64,000 nt of DNA. It comes from an uncultured cyanobacterium. Lineage in GTDB: Bacteria > Cyanobacteriota > Cyanobacteriia > Pseudanabaenales > Pseudanabaenaceae. Made by a program: the position numbers and the translations under genes. The DNA lies in NCBI GenBank assembly GCA_963703315.1, contig OY969811.1, forward strand, positions 2,240,001 through 2,304,000. The letters are read 5' to 3'. Of the stretch, positions 1-10,150 are shown piece by piece. Numbering within the stretch: position 1 is the stretch's first letter; each line of letters begins with the position of its first letter. Below the pieces are notes generated by a model, which saw nothing but the letters and a program-made list of their open reading frames with translations, was not told where the DNA came from and searched no databases.

Positions 1-191
1 TCAAATAAAACTGCTCTATCAGCATGAATAATTTCAAAGGCTTGATCAATGTTGAGATAATCATCATTGATGTATGTAATCACAAAATCGGAATCATCGT
101 AACGATCTAGCCAATACTTGAGTAAGTGTAAGCCAAATCTACCAAAACCGTTCATACCTGTAACGATTTTCTTTTGTGCTTTATCTAACAT
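1..191 (-). CDS. Partial (5' end only) divergent GAPDH-family NAD(P)-binding protein
   Basis: Manual translation from ATG at 191: MLDKAQKKIVTGMNGFGRFGLHLLKYWLDRYDDSDFVITYIND..., matching the GAPDH GINGFGRIG...IND N-terminal pattern. Runs off the window edge and is not in the ORF track. Confidence 0.6.
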   Translation of the reverse strand, partial: MLDKAQKKIVTGMNGFGRFGLHLLKYWLDRYDDSDFVITYINDDYLNIDQAFEIIHADRAVLF

Positions 192-471
192 TAAGATCTA
201 TAGCGTATTTTTCCCTTTACCTAAATTCTACAACAATTTTTTGCTTTATACACTTCAGCTAGATTAGAGGATACTAAGAAGCTTGAAAAATATCATTGAT
301 TAATGGTATTCAGCATTTTGTTGTATTTTATATTTCGGCATCCTTCTGTAAGAATTTAATAATGTTTTCTCTGAATTATAAAATTGGCGATCGCTCCGTA
401 AAACATTTGCCAAAAAGCACTTAGCGTGTTTTTATAACCCTATAATCAGGATGTTCGATTTTGCATATTCA

Positions 472-580
472 CTTACAGCGCTTTGCGCTTAAACCCAAAC
501 CAAGAAATTTTTTGAAAGTGTTGCTTTGCAACACTTTCAAAAAATTTCTTGTGGTTCGTTTGATCGGCAATGGCTGTAAG
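472..580. repeat. Palindromic intergenic element (CTTACAGC...GCTGTAAG ends, long central hairpin)
   Basis: Inverted ends and central stem aagaaattttttgaaagtgttgc-ttt-gcaacactttcaaaaaatttctt. Related copies at about 37947-38051 and 45565-45647. Confidence 0.75.
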
Positions 581-621
581 TTTGATCGTATTCACCTAGC
601 TTGATTTCGTGCCAAGAATCT

Positions 622-1992
622 ATGCGCCGTCGTAAATTTAATCAGTTATCCCTGTTTTTAGCAAGTTTGGGTCTATCAGCTTGTAGCAATTCCTCGGCTT
701 TATACAGTCGGAAACAAGAAAAAAGTTCCAAGTTTAGACTCTGGTGGATTCAGAGCTATTATCCTGCGGAAACTGAAGCAATTTCGCAGATTGTTGCCGA
801 GTGGGAACAGGCAAACAATATTAAGGTAGAAATCACCTTTTATAATGACGGCGCAATTAATCGGGATGCGGAAAATGCACTCAATAATGGTAGCCCTCCC
901 GATATCTTGTTTAGCAATACCGCAGAATTTTCTCTTTTTCCGAGATTAGCATGGGAGAACAAACTGGCTGATATTTCTGATGTGATGCAGCCCGTCAAAG
1001 ATTTGTTTGCTCCCAGTGCTTTGCAAGCCGTGTCATACAAAAATGGTACGACCAATAAGCGCAGTTACTATGCCGCACCGATTGTCGAATCTACGGTTAG
1101 CATTCACTATTGGCGAGATTTACTTGCCGAAGTGGGGTTAAGCGATACCAATATACCTAAGGATTGGGATGGATTTTGGAAATTCTGGGAAATTGCTCAG
1201 GTTCGAGCCAGAAGTAAAGGCAAAAAAGAAATCTATGGTCTTGGATTACCCATGTCTCCTGAAGCCAACGATACGATTTCTACATTTGAGCAGTTTCTTG
1301 AGGCTTATGGCGTACAACTTCTTGATGAAAATGGTGCACTCAAACAAAACGATCCCAACGTTAGACAAGGGATTGTGAAAGCTTTGACTCAATATGCTGG
1401 TTTCTACAAGGATCAGTTTGTGCCTCCTAAAGCTGTGGAATGGACAAGTGCTGATAACAACCAAGTGTTTCTCAGCCGCAATGCATTTATGACCACTAAT
1501 CCTGGGCTATCTATTCCTGTTGCTCAAAAGTTTGATGCAGAAGTATATAACAAAAAGCTAGTTACAATGGAATGGCCAAATTCTCCTAGTGGCAAGCCTC
1601 TCAATAATCTAGTTGCAGTGAAGCAAGCGGTTATTTTTGCTGATTCTCCCAATCAAGCTACAGCCAAAAGCCTCTTGTCACATATTATTAAACCAACTAA
1701 TTTATTGGCATATCTCAAAGGTGCAGGAGGTCGGTATTTGCCTACTATGCCGCAGTTGTTAGAAGATCCTTACTACAAAGACTCTCAAGATCCTCATGTT
1801 TTGAGTGTAATTAAGCAGTTTCAAAATACTCAGTCCTTTTATACATCTAAAAACCCTGCTCACTCTAATGTAGGCGCTCAACAGGTATGGGGTAAGGCTA
1901 TTAAATCAGTTGCTCAAGGATCTGCTTCACCTGAACAAGCTGCCGATAATGCGATCGCCCAGATCAAAGATATTTATACCCAGTGGAAATGA
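622..1992 (+). CDS. Extracellular solute-binding lipoprotein (sugar-type SBP family 1)
   Basis: Twin-Arg-like MRRRKF leader, lipobox LSAC, SBP_bac_1-like motifs (PPDI, YAAP). ATG at 622 preferred over TTG at 601. Confidence 0.8.
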   Translation: MRRRKFNQLSLFLASLGLSACSNSSALYSRKQEKSSKFRLWWIQSYYPAETEAISQIVAEWEQANNIKVEITFYNDGAINRDAENALNNGSPPDILFSNTAEFSLFPRLAWENKLADISDVMQPVKDLFAPSALQAVSYKNGTTNKRSYYAAPIVESTVSIHYWRDLLAEVGLSDTNIPKDWDGFWKFWEIAQVRARSKGKKEIYGLGLPMSPEANDTISTFEQFLEAYGVQLLDENGALKQNDPNVRQGIVKALTQYAGFYKDQFVPPKAVEWTSADNNQVFLSRNAFMTTNPGLSIPVAQKFDAEVYNKKLVTMEWPNSPSGKPLNNLVAVKQAVIFADSPNQATAKSLLSHIIKPTNLLAYLKGAGGRYLPTMPQLLEDPYYKDSQDPHVLSVIKQFQNTQSFYTSKNPAHSNVGAQQVWGKAIKSVAQGSASPEQAADNAIAQIKDIYTQWK

Positions 1993-2067
1993 GTAATTAG
2001 TTTTGATGGTTACCCTTGGACTGTGGAACTATCGCTACAAAAGACATAACAAAAATGAGAGTGCAAG

Positions 2068-5043
2068 ATGCTTAACCTGATCAAAAAACGTTTGCTGCTT
2101 CAACTTGTCGGCTACTTTTCAATATTGTCGATTGTTACAGTTTTACTTGTAGCGATTAGTGCCAATGTTCGTAGTCGTGATGCTCTCAAGCGATCGGTAA
2201 TTGACCGATTGGGTGTGGCAACATCACTGAAAGAATATCAAGTAAATCAGTGGGTTGATAATCAGCGTCGTGATGTCATTTTCATGACGCAATTGCAAGA
2301 TATCATTAACAACTCGGAAATTGCTTTCACTAAAGATAAAGAATCTCCTGAATTTAAATCAGCGCTAGAATCGATCAGGAAATTTATGACAGATGTGTCT
2401 GCGGTAAAACCAAATATTCGGCAGATTTCTATCCTTAATAATAATGGAATTGTGATTGTTTCTACAAATAAAGAGAAGGAAGGAAAGTATCAATCTCTAG
2501 GTAATACAACTACCTACCTTACTCGTGACCAGTCACGGATCGCGATTCCTAATTTTTATATTTCGCCAATTACAGGTAAGGCGGCAATGACTTTTGCGGC
2601 AATTCTAGCCAATAAATCGGGTGCGGCTAATGGAGTTGTGGCTATTGATCTGGATCTCCAAGGTGTTGATGATATTATTCGAGAACGGACAGGGTTAGGT
2701 AATAGTGGCGAAACCTATTTAGTTGGGAGATTGCCATCCAAAAATATTCTGATTTCTGGCACAGGGGCTAATAGTAAAGAAGTAGAAAAGGGGATTAAGA
2801 GCGATAGTATTGCGGCGGCGGCTAGAGGTGAAGATGGCGAAGGTAATTATGACAGTTATAAAGGTGTGCCAGTCTTGGGCAGCTATGTATGGCTTGACAA
2901 CTTGAATCTAGCTTTAATTGCGGAAATGTCACAAGCAGAAGCCTTTGAGCCTGCCGATCGCCTTGCTCGCGATATTCTATTAATCGGATTGAGTTCCGCA
3001 GGTATTTTACTGACGGCTGTATATTTGATTGCGCGGCGTATTTCGCAACCAATTTTGGTGATTGCCGATGCGGCAAACCAAGTTTCTGCTGGCAATCTTA
3101 ACGCTCAAGCGGCTGTACTGACTGAAGATGAAATTGGGATTTTGGCGATCGCGTTTAATCAAATGACTGCCCAGCTCAAATCTTCAGGTGAACAGCTAGC
3201 AGATTATAGTCGGACTCTGGAACAGAAAGTCGAACAGCGCACCAGTGAAATCAAAGCGATTATCGATAATATGGTGGATGGCTTAGCCGTAGTCGATGCC
3301 GAAGATCGGATTACTCAATTTAACCCTGCGATCGCGGGCATGATTGGCGTGAGTAGTAAAGCGATCGCGGAATCTGAGAACTATAGCCAAATATTTAAGG
3401 CTGAGGAAATCACTAATCTCATCATCAATACTAGAGCCAATCCTAAACAGGTATTTAGTGAAGAGTTTTCCCTGCCTGATCGCCGCATTGGTAAAGCTGT
3501 TGCCACTTCTATTTTTAGAGAAAATGTATCAGAAGAAGTGCAAGTGGAAGAGAATTACTTAGGTACTGTAATTTTGATTCGGGATATCACGGCTGAAAAA
3601 GAAGTGGATCGCATGAAGACCGACTTTATCTCGACAGTATCCCATGAATTGCGAACACCATTGACCTCTGTACTTGGCTTTGCAAAACTGATTCAGAAAA
3701 AATTAGACGAATCAATTTTCCCATTAATTCAAACCGAAGATAAAAAGATTAAGCGAAGTATTCGTCAAGTTACGGAAAATATTGAAATTATTGTGTCTGA
3801 AGGTACACGTCTTACAAAACTGATTAATGAAGTTCTGGATGTCGCCAAAATTGAAGCTGGTAAAATGCAATGGAATATGCAGAATTTATCAATTATAGAA
3901 GTAATTGATCGAGCATTTTCAGCAACTTCAGCCCTTTTTGATCAGAAAAGTTTAACGCCTGTCCGAGAAATCCCTTCAGATTTGCCAAATATCGAAGGTG
4001 ACAAAGATCGCTTGATTCAAGTGGTAATTAATTTAATCTCGAATGCTGTGAAATTTACCGAAAAAGGCTCTGTTACCTGTCGAGTACAGCAACAGGATCA
4101 AACAATTGTGGTTAGCGTCATTGATCAAGGTGTAGGAATTTCCGAATCTGATCAACCCAAAGTATTTGAAAAATTTAAACAGGTTGGTGACACTTTAACG
4201 GATAAGCCTCAAGGCACGGGTTTAGGCTTGCCCATATCTAAGGAAATTATTGCTTATCATGGTGGTAAGATTTGGGTAGAGAGTGAACTTGGTAAAGGTA
4301 GTACTTTCTCCTTTTCGTTACCGATCGCCACTGAGAAAGATCTAATTCCTTCCATCAATTTCGACACCCTGATTGAACAACTCAAGAAGAAAGTATCCTC
4401 GGATCGACAAGCCGATAGTGCTACTCATAGTGATGCGCCCAAGAAGATTTTGGTAATTGATGATGATGCCAGTATTCGCAACTTACTCAAGCAAGAATTA
4501 GAGGCTAAGGGCTATATAGTTCAAGAGGCGGAAAACGGGCATGATGCGATCGCCAAAGTCCGTGAGAGTCGCCCTGATTTAATTACGCTTGATATCATTA
4601 TGCAGGGTATTGGTGGTTATGAAGTAGCGGCAATTCTCAAATCTGATCCTGCCACTTTAGATATTCCAATTATCATCGTATCTGTAATAGAAGATAAAAA
4701 ACAGGGCATACATTTGGGAGTCGATAGCTATGTCACTAAGCCTCTAGATATGGCTGTATTGATGCGCGAGGTAGAAATTCTGCTATCTCATAAAAATACT
4801 GGCACAGGTAAAAAGATTTTGATTGTTGATGATGATTTAATCTCAATCAATCTTTTAATGGAAATGCTCCAGAAACAAGGCTTCATTCCTTCAAACATCT
4901 CTAGTAAAGATGACTTAAAGACTAATGCGATCGCTGCTCAACCAGATGTGATCATTGCCAGTACCAAGCTCGCTGCGACAGTTCAATCTCTTCGTGCGGA
5001 GAGAGAATTGGGACACATTCGGTTCTTGCTGATTGTTGATTAA
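2068..5043 (+). CDS. Hybrid sensor histidine kinase (Cache-HAMP-PAS-HisKA-HATPase-REC-degenerate REC)
   Basis: Two TM helices, HAMP ([13 protein letters not shown]), H-box SHELRTPL, N-box [10 protein letters not shown]-boxes DQGVG and GTGLGL, receiver [10 protein letters not shown]. Confidence 0.9.
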   Translation: MLNLIKKRLLLQLVGYFSILSIVTVLLVAISANVRSRDALKRSVIDRLGVATSLKEYQVNQWVDNQRRDVIFMTQLQDIINNSEIAFTKDKESPEFKSALESIRKFMTDVSAVKPNIRQISILNNNGIVIVSTNKEKEGKYQSLGNTTTYLTRDQSRIAIPNFYISPITGKAAMTFAAILANKSGAANGVVAIDLDLQGVDDIIRERTGLGNSGETYLVGRLPSKNILISGTGANSKEVEKGIKSDSIAAAARGEDGEGNYDSYKGVPVLGSYVWLDNLNLALIAEMSQAEAFEPADRLARDILLIGLSSAGILLTAVYLIARRISQPILVIADAANQVSAGNLNAQAAVLTEDEIGILAIAFNQMTAQLKSSGEQLADYSRTLEQKVEQRTSEIKAIIDNMVDGLAVVDAEDRITQFNPAIAGMIGVSSKAIAESENYSQIFKAEEITNLIINTRANPKQVFSEEFSLPDRRIGKAVATSIFRENVSEEVQVEENYLGTVILIRDITAEKEVDRMKTDFISTVSHELRTPLTSVLGFAKLIQKKLDESIFPLIQTEDKKIKRSIRQVTENIEIIVSEGTRLTKLINEVLDVAKIEAGKMQWNMQNLSIIEVIDRAFSATSALFDQKSLTPVREIPSDLPNIEGDKDRLIQVVINLISNAVKFTEKGSVTCRVQQQDQTIVVSVIDQGVGISESDQPKVFEKFKQVGDTLTDKPQGTGLGLPISKEIIAYHGGKIWVESELGKGSTFSFSLPIATEKDLIPSINFDTLIEQLKKKVSSDRQADSATHSDAPKKILVIDDDASIRNLLKQELEAKGYIVQEAENGHDAIAKVRESRPDLITLDIIMQGIGGYEVAAILKSDPATLDIPIIIVSVIEDKKQGIHLGVDSYVTKPLDMAVLMREVEILLSHKNTGTGKKILIVDDDLISINLLMEMLQKQGFIPSNISSKDDLKTNAIAAQPDVIIASTKLAATVQSLRAERELGHIRFLLIVD

Positions 5044-5055
5044 TATTGCTGTTAA

Positions 5056-5142
5056 TAACCCCTCCCTAGCCATCCCCTTGCAAAGAGGAGGGAACAATAT
5101 TTCTAGTTTTCCCCCTTTGCAAGGGGGAATTAAAGGGGGTTT
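5056..5142. repeat. Small dispersed repeat-like double hairpin between convergent genes
   Basis: aacccctccctagcc...ccccttgcaaagaggaggg...ccccctttgcaagggggaattaaagggggtt. Confidence 0.55.
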
Positions 5143-5188
5143 TTAAAACTTGTTGTACATGGTACTCCTTTAGCGGGGAAACAATACT

Positions 5189-6784
5189 TCACATCAGTTG
5201 GGCAACAGGCGCATTACTTAATAATTTTTGATTAGTTAATAAATCTAGAACTGTAATTTGTAAGGTTCGCTTTTCATCAACTTGAAAAGAAACCTTAATG
5301 CGATCGCTACCTGTTTGACCAAGGGGATCAAGCTTAGCAATTACTTTACTATTTTCATTGAGAATCTGCACTGCAACTTGTTTACCTTCTAAAACACGGG
5401 TAACAAGTCTTTGATCTTCAAAATAAACTTCCACATTAGTTTCGCCTAACTCACCGATGACTAGCTCAATGCTCGGCTGCTCAGGAACAGATGCACCCAG
5501 TGTAAGTTCTACGGGCTTTTCTAAGGGATAGGTTACACCAGATTTCACAATGGTATGCCAATTATGTTTTTTGTAGCGTTTATCCCAATAGCGCACACCA
5601 TAGCTGTGATAGAGAAAATCTTTCAATTCCCAACCTTGAGAAATTGCTCCATGCGCGATCGCCTCAAAGGGTTTATTTGCTTTCACTTTTTCGATAGAAA
5701 AATGTCGTAACGCCCATTCCTTCACCGCAGGGATTTGGGAAGTACCTCCCACTAGTAAAACTGCATCAATTTGGTTTAGATCAAGATTTTGACGGGTTGC
5801 TTGCTGCCGAATTCGATCTAGAGCGCTATCTAGATTTGCAAAAAATTTCTGTTGTTCGAGAATTTGATTTAATTGCGATCGCGTCAAAGTCAACTCGTAA
5901 GATTCAAAGGTTTCGTCATTAAAGTAAACTTCTGTAGCCGATTCGGTGCTAGAGAGCGCGATTTTAATGCGTTCAGCTAAACGGGTGACGAGAGAATTTT
6001 TGGGTACTCCTAATTCCTTATGGAAGTAATCAATCATCCAATTATCGATATCAATTCCACCAAGATTTTGTCCAGTTTTAGCGAGGACTTTGGCAATTTG
6101 CGAATTTTGATTGTTTGATGTGGAGGTATTTTTAACTGTGCGATCGCCCCATTTCAATAAAAAGCCAAGTGGTGATTTGGGTTGGTTAGGTTGAGTTTGA
6201 GCAAAAGATAATTTTACTAAGGATAAATCTAACGTGCCACCGCCAAAATCTACTACTAATAGAGTTTCACCACCATCATTAATGCCATAGCCTAAAGCCG
6301 CCGCCGTTGGTTCATCAATAATGCGTACTTGATTTATGGTTAACTTCTCGCAGATTTCGCCGAGCCAATGGCGATAGGACTCAAAGCTATCAACAGGAAC
6401 TGTAAAAATTAGTGAATCCACATCAGGCAAGCGATCAATAATTCTTTTTAAAAACCATTCGCCCACTAACTCAAATTCCACTTCGCGCCCATCAATTTCT
6501 GGCACAAACATCGTCATATTAGAACCGATCGCTCGTTTAAAAGCCTTAAAAAATCGCGGTTCGCCTTTGGTGTTTTTATTATCCAATCCGCGATCGCTCA
6601 CTTCCTGACCAATTAGCACCTGCTCTTTGTTAGCATCCTGCACATAGACAAAGCTAGGAATTAACGGTGGATTATCAGCCATGAGGTGGCTATAGTCAGA
6701 TATCTTGACTGTTTCTATCTCACCATTCTCATTAATTCTCGCAACAACCGTATTACTGGTTCCAAAATCGATCGCATATTCCAT
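5189..6784 (-). CDS. Hsp70 family protein (DnaK-like ATPase domain)
   Basis: IDFGTSNT, DEPTAAA, VVDFGGGTLD, LVGGTSQIP actin/Hsp70 motifs; lacks the full DnaK C-terminus. Confidence 0.85.
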   Translation of the reverse strand: MEYAIDFGTSNTVVARINENGEIETVKISDYSHLMADNPPLIPSFVYVQDANKEQVLIGQEVSDRGLDNKNTKGEPRFFKAFKRAIGSNMTMFVPEIDGREVEFELVGEWFLKRIIDRLPDVDSLIFTVPVDSFESYRHWLGEICEKLTINQVRIIDEPTAAALGYGINDGGETLLVVDFGGGTLDLSLVKLSFAQTQPNQPKSPLGFLLKWGDRTVKNTSTSNNQNSQIAKVLAKTGQNLGGIDIDNWMIDYFHKELGVPKNSLVTRLAERIKIALSSTESATEVYFNDETFESYELTLTRSQLNQILEQQKFFANLDSALDRIRQQATRQNLDLNQIDAVLLVGGTSQIPAVKEWALRHFSIEKVKANKPFEAIAHGAISQGWELKDFLYHSYGVRYWDKRYKKHNWHTIVKSGVTYPLEKPVELTLGASVPEQPSIELVIGELGETNVEVYFEDQRLVTRVLEGKQVAVQILNENSKVIAKLDPLGQTGSDRIKVSFQVDEKRTLQITVLDLLTNQKLLSNAPVAQLM

Positions 6785-6862
6785 TATTTTTAATCCTTAG
6801 CACCAAAAGAAATGTAGATTTCATTTCACCTAAAAATTTAAACCGATAGACAAGCCAAGCCT

Positions 6863-7228
6863 TCAGCGTAGGTATCTGGTAAGAAACTCTAGTTGATTAT
6901 GCATATCTTGATCTGTTTTAGATTCAATAATTTTCATCAAGCCACGTAAGCGATCGCCAACTGCCGAAATCTTCTGTTGAATCAAAATAATCCCCGCATG
7001 GCTTTGACCACTGCCAATCAACTCAGTATGTAGTTGCATAAAATCACCAACATTACAACTACATATCACCCTTCCTTGAACAGATGCCCACTCAAGTTGT
7101 GCTTTGTCTGGTAAGCCTTCCCTATGTACATCAGAAACTGTAATTACATCTATATCACGAGAACGTAAAGCCCCTACTAATGCAGCTGACATTGTATCTT
7201 CATCAAGATATAAGCGAATTTTACTCAC
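6863..7228 (-). CDS. DUF5615 PIN-like toxin
   Basis: LYLDED N-terminus, D-x-A-Q-L, N-x-G-D-F, HAGII; 4-bp overlap with the upstream DUF433 gene. Confidence 0.75.
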   Translation of the reverse strand: MSKIRLYLDEDTMSAALVGALRSRDIDVITVSDVHREGLPDKAQLEWASVQGRVICSCNVGDFMQLHTELIGSGQSHAGIILIQQKISAVGDRLRGLMKIIESKTDQDMHNQLEFLTRYLR

Positions 7229-7524
7229 TTAGACACCTGCTGACTGTAATGGAGTTCCATTAATCTTTCATACTCAGAATCATCTACAGCTAAAATATGA
7301 TCAACCTCCTCTCTATTAGCATGATAATAAGTAAGCGCAGCATAGACTTGTGTAAGAGTTAAATGTTCAATTTCACGTGCGATATCCTCTGCGCTTAGTC
7401 CTGATTTCCACAAAGTAGCAATGCGTCCAACTGTAACACTTGTACCTGCAATGCGAGGACGATTTCCACCAATATCTGGGGCGCGGACGATAAGTGTACC
7501 AATATCAACAATAGTTGTCGTCAT
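7225..7524 (-). CDS. DUF433 antitoxin
   Basis: GGNRPRIAGTSVTV...LTLTQVYAALTYY signature. Confidence 0.85.
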   Translation of the reverse strand: MTTTIVDIGTLIVRAPDIGGNRPRIAGTSVTVGRIATLWKSGLSAEDIAREIEHLTLTQVYAALTYYHANREEVDHILAVDDSEYERLMELHYSQQVSK

Positions 7525-7567
7525 AGTTTTAGAAGTCCTGTTGTTTGATTTATTAAAATTTAATAGA

Positions 7568-8050
7568 TTAATCTAATGGCAAATAATCTGTATCTAAAAC
7601 TTGTTCTATTGTAAATGGGCTAGTTTCAGGAAAATCATATATGGATAAACCTGTCTCAATTGATGCCATTTTGTGAGCAGTTTGATAGCATTCTGAAAAT
7701 ACTTCTTGATAGTAACGTTGTAGACTAGGACTACGTTTAAAGGCTTTTTTTAAGCGATTACGATGTTCAAAAATGGTTAATAGCCAACTACGCGATCGCA
7801 ACTGTGACTGATAACAATATTTTAATAAATGCATCAAAATTATTTCTAAATTACTCTCAAGCGCATCTCTTTGACTCCCACTCATATCATCAAGTTCTTC
7901 TAATAAATTAGGAATATCAAGTTCTGTTAATTTACCTTCTCGCAAAAGCTGCATCATCGTTTCAACCCATAGACAATAGTCTTGATTGTAGATATCGATA
8001 TTTTCCGTAGGTAATGGTGACAAGACTGCATCGGTAATTGTAAGGTTCAT
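7568..8050 (-). CDS. DUF29 family protein
   Basis: YNQDYCLW, LDIPNLLEEL, LLKY, SW..TI.EHR, SPSL, FPETSPFT motifs. Confidence 0.85.
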   Translation of the reverse strand: MNLTITDAVLSPLPTENIDIYNQDYCLWVETMMQLLREGKLTELDIPNLLEELDDMSGSQRDALESNLEIILMHLLKYCYQSQLRSRSWLLTIFEHRNRLKKAFKRSPSLQRYYQEVFSECYQTAHKMASIETGLSIYDFPETSPFTIEQVLDTDYLPLD

Positions 8051-8082
8051 GGATCACGCTCCTGTAGCTACTTGTTTTCAGT

Positions 8083-8155
8083 ATAGCTATAGCTAAACAT
8101 AAAAGAAAGAGGGTGGCGGTGCGAAGCGCCGCCACCCTCTCTGGTTTTACGCTAT
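8083..8155. repeat. Palindromic intergenic element (TATAGC...GCTATA family)
   Basis: agagggtggcggtgc-gaa-gcgccgccaccctct stem between TATAGC and GCTATA ends. Confidence 0.7.
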
Positions 8156-8161
8156 ATTTAC

Positions 8162-9037
8162 TTAAACTGATGCAGGGGCTTTCGTCAAAAATTTGCCGTA
8201 AAGAATGGCAGCAAATCCAGTGATATACATAAATAGACTATAAATTGCCGCAGGAATAGCCATGTCTTGATTGTTGAGGATTCCTGCCGCGATCGCGATT
8301 GCTAAAGTTCCATTTTGAATACCGACTTCGATCGCTATACAGATTTGTTGAGCAGGATTGAGCTTGAGTAATTTACTGATTCCCCAACCTGCTGCCATAG
8401 AAGATAGATTGAGCAGCACTATGCCGAATCCTGCTTGCAGAATAAATTCAGGCAATTTATTCCATTCACGAATAACCAGAATCAAAATAATTAAAGCGAG
8501 AAAGGCGATCGCCAGACGACTGGTAACTTTTTCTAAACTGTGAGCTAGTTTTGGGAATTGATAATTTATATACATCCCAATAGCGATCGGGATAATTGTA
8601 ATTAAGAAAATCTGCCCCATTGTCGTTCCAATTGGTAGAGCAATTGTGGCACTTTGTCCCATAAAGTAATTGAGCGCCAAGTTTGCTAATAGAGGAATTG
8701 TCACAATTGTAATCAGGCTACTAAATACGGTCAGGGTCACGGATAGCGCCACATCACCACCTGCTAAATAAGTGATCATGTTTGAAGATACGCCCCCTGG
8801 AGCGATCGCAATTATCATTAGTCCTACAGCGATCGCAGGTGGCATTTTCACGATTTGGGTAATCACAAAACCAATGATCGGCAACATCACAATCTGACTA
8901 AACAAGCCCACTGATACCGCTTTGGGATATTTCGTGATTCGTTGAAAATCCTCAAATTTAAGCGACAGTCCCATGCCTAGCATAATTAAGGCTAAAGCAA
9001 TTGGGAGAATGAGAGTTGTGAAAATACTTTCTTGCAT
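8162..9037 (-). CDS. Bile acid:sodium symporter family protein
   Basis: MLGMGLSL, PGGVSSN, GDVALSV, EVGIQNG motifs; multiple TM helices. ATG at 9037 preferred because the longer ORF start lies in a repeat. Confidence 0.9.
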   Translation of the reverse strand: MQESIFTTLILPIALALIMLGMGLSLKFEDFQRITKYPKAVSVGLFSQIVMLPIIGFVITQIVKMPPAIAVGLMIIAIAPGGVSSNMITYLAGGDVALSVTLTVFSSLITIVTIPLLANLALNYFMGQSATIALPIGTTMGQIFLITIIPIAIGMYINYQFPKLAHSLEKVTSRLAIAFLALIILILVIREWNKLPEFILQAGFGIVLLNLSSMAAGWGISKLLKLNPAQQICIAIEVGIQNGTLAIAIAAGILNNQDMAIPAAIYSLFMYITGFAAILYGKFLTKAPASV

Positions 9038-9065
9038 CTGACTTTTGTAGAAGTAATTGGAAAAG

Positions 9066-9191
9066 TAGGGCTTACGCAAATTAAAAACTGCCCTCATCCC
9101 CCAACCCCTTCTCCCTGTCTGGGAGAAGGGGAGTAAGAAATTTTTCTTGTTCCCCTCTCCCTCTCTGGGAGAGGGGCTAGGGGTGAGGGTC
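9066..9191. mobile_element. Truncated copy of the 150-bp MITE (left TIR plus dispersed-repeat core)
   Basis: TAGGGCTTACGCA followed by gccctcatcccccaaccccttctccc...gggagaggggctaggggtgagggt; homologous to 49941-50090 but lacks the right TIR. Confidence 0.7.
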
Positions 9192-10046
9192 TTAGGAACT
9201 AATTCGCATACTGATATCGAGCCAGTGCGATCGCGTGACCATTGCGGAAGTAGAAATATAATCCACGCCTAACTCGGCAATTTGAGCAATTGTTTGCAGC
9301 GTAATATTTCCTGAAGCTTCAATTTTAGTATGGGAACTATGCTGACGGATAAGGGCGATCGCCTCGCGCATGGTTTCCACTGGCATATTGTCTAGCATAA
9401 TCACATCAAGATTTAACTGCACAGCTTCTTTTACTTGCAAGATTGATTCCGTTTCCACTTCAATGGATGTTGTAAAGGGAATATTTCTGCGTACTTGCTG
9501 TACTGCCTCAGTAATGCCACCTGCCGCCGCAATATGATTATCCTTAAGCATCACCGCATCATCTAAACCATAGCGATGATTGATTGCACCACCGACGAAT
9601 GTGGCATATTTTTCTAAGATTCGCATCCCCGGAATAGTTTTGCGAGTATCGACTAGATGGGTTTTAGAATTGGCGATCGCCTTGACATATTCTGATGTTG
9701 CACTGGCAATCCCCGACAAGCGCATCACCAAATTGAGGGCAACCCGTTCACCCATGAGTAAGGTGGCGAGATTGCCTGTAATTTCCGCTAGCAGATCGCC
9801 AGATTTTACAGGGTTACCATCTTGGGCGATCGCCACAAAATTTACCGATGAATCTAATAACTGAAAGACTCGAGCCGCCACAGGTAAACCTGCCACTACA
9901 CCATCTGCCTTGGCAATCCATAATGCTTTGCCAATGGGTGCATTACCATCAGGAAATAAACCATTAGTGCTGCGATCGCCGCGTCCAATATCTTCACGCA
10001 ACCAGTCTTCAAGAAGTGGATCTAAAACAATAAAGGGAGGAAGCAT
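9192..10046 (-). CDS. nadC: Nicotinate-nucleotide diphosphorylase (carboxylating)
   Basis: ERVALN, DTRKT.PG, HRYGL.DAVMLKDNH, IEVE, MLDN, EASG motifs. Confidence 0.95.
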   Translation of the reverse strand: MLPPFIVLDPLLEDWLREDIGRGDRSTNGLFPDGNAPIGKALWIAKADGVVAGLPVAARVFQLLDSSVNFVAIAQDGNPVKSGDLLAEITGNLATLLMGERVALNLVMRLSGIASATSEYVKAIANSKTHLVDTRKTIPGMRILEKYATFVGGAINHRYGLDDAVMLKDNHIAAAGGITEAVQQVRRNIPFTTSIEVETESILQVKEAVQLNLDVIMLDNMPVETMREAIALIRQHSSHTKIEASGNITLQTIAQIAELGVDYISTSAMVTRSHWLDISMRISS

Positions 10047-10150
10047 AAGCTATATATTTTAAGATGATTATACAGTTATACAAGTCAGCCTAAAATTGGG
10101 AAAATTCTTTCTGCAAAGGAGCGTTGCAGCGCAACGCTCCTTTGGGTTTA

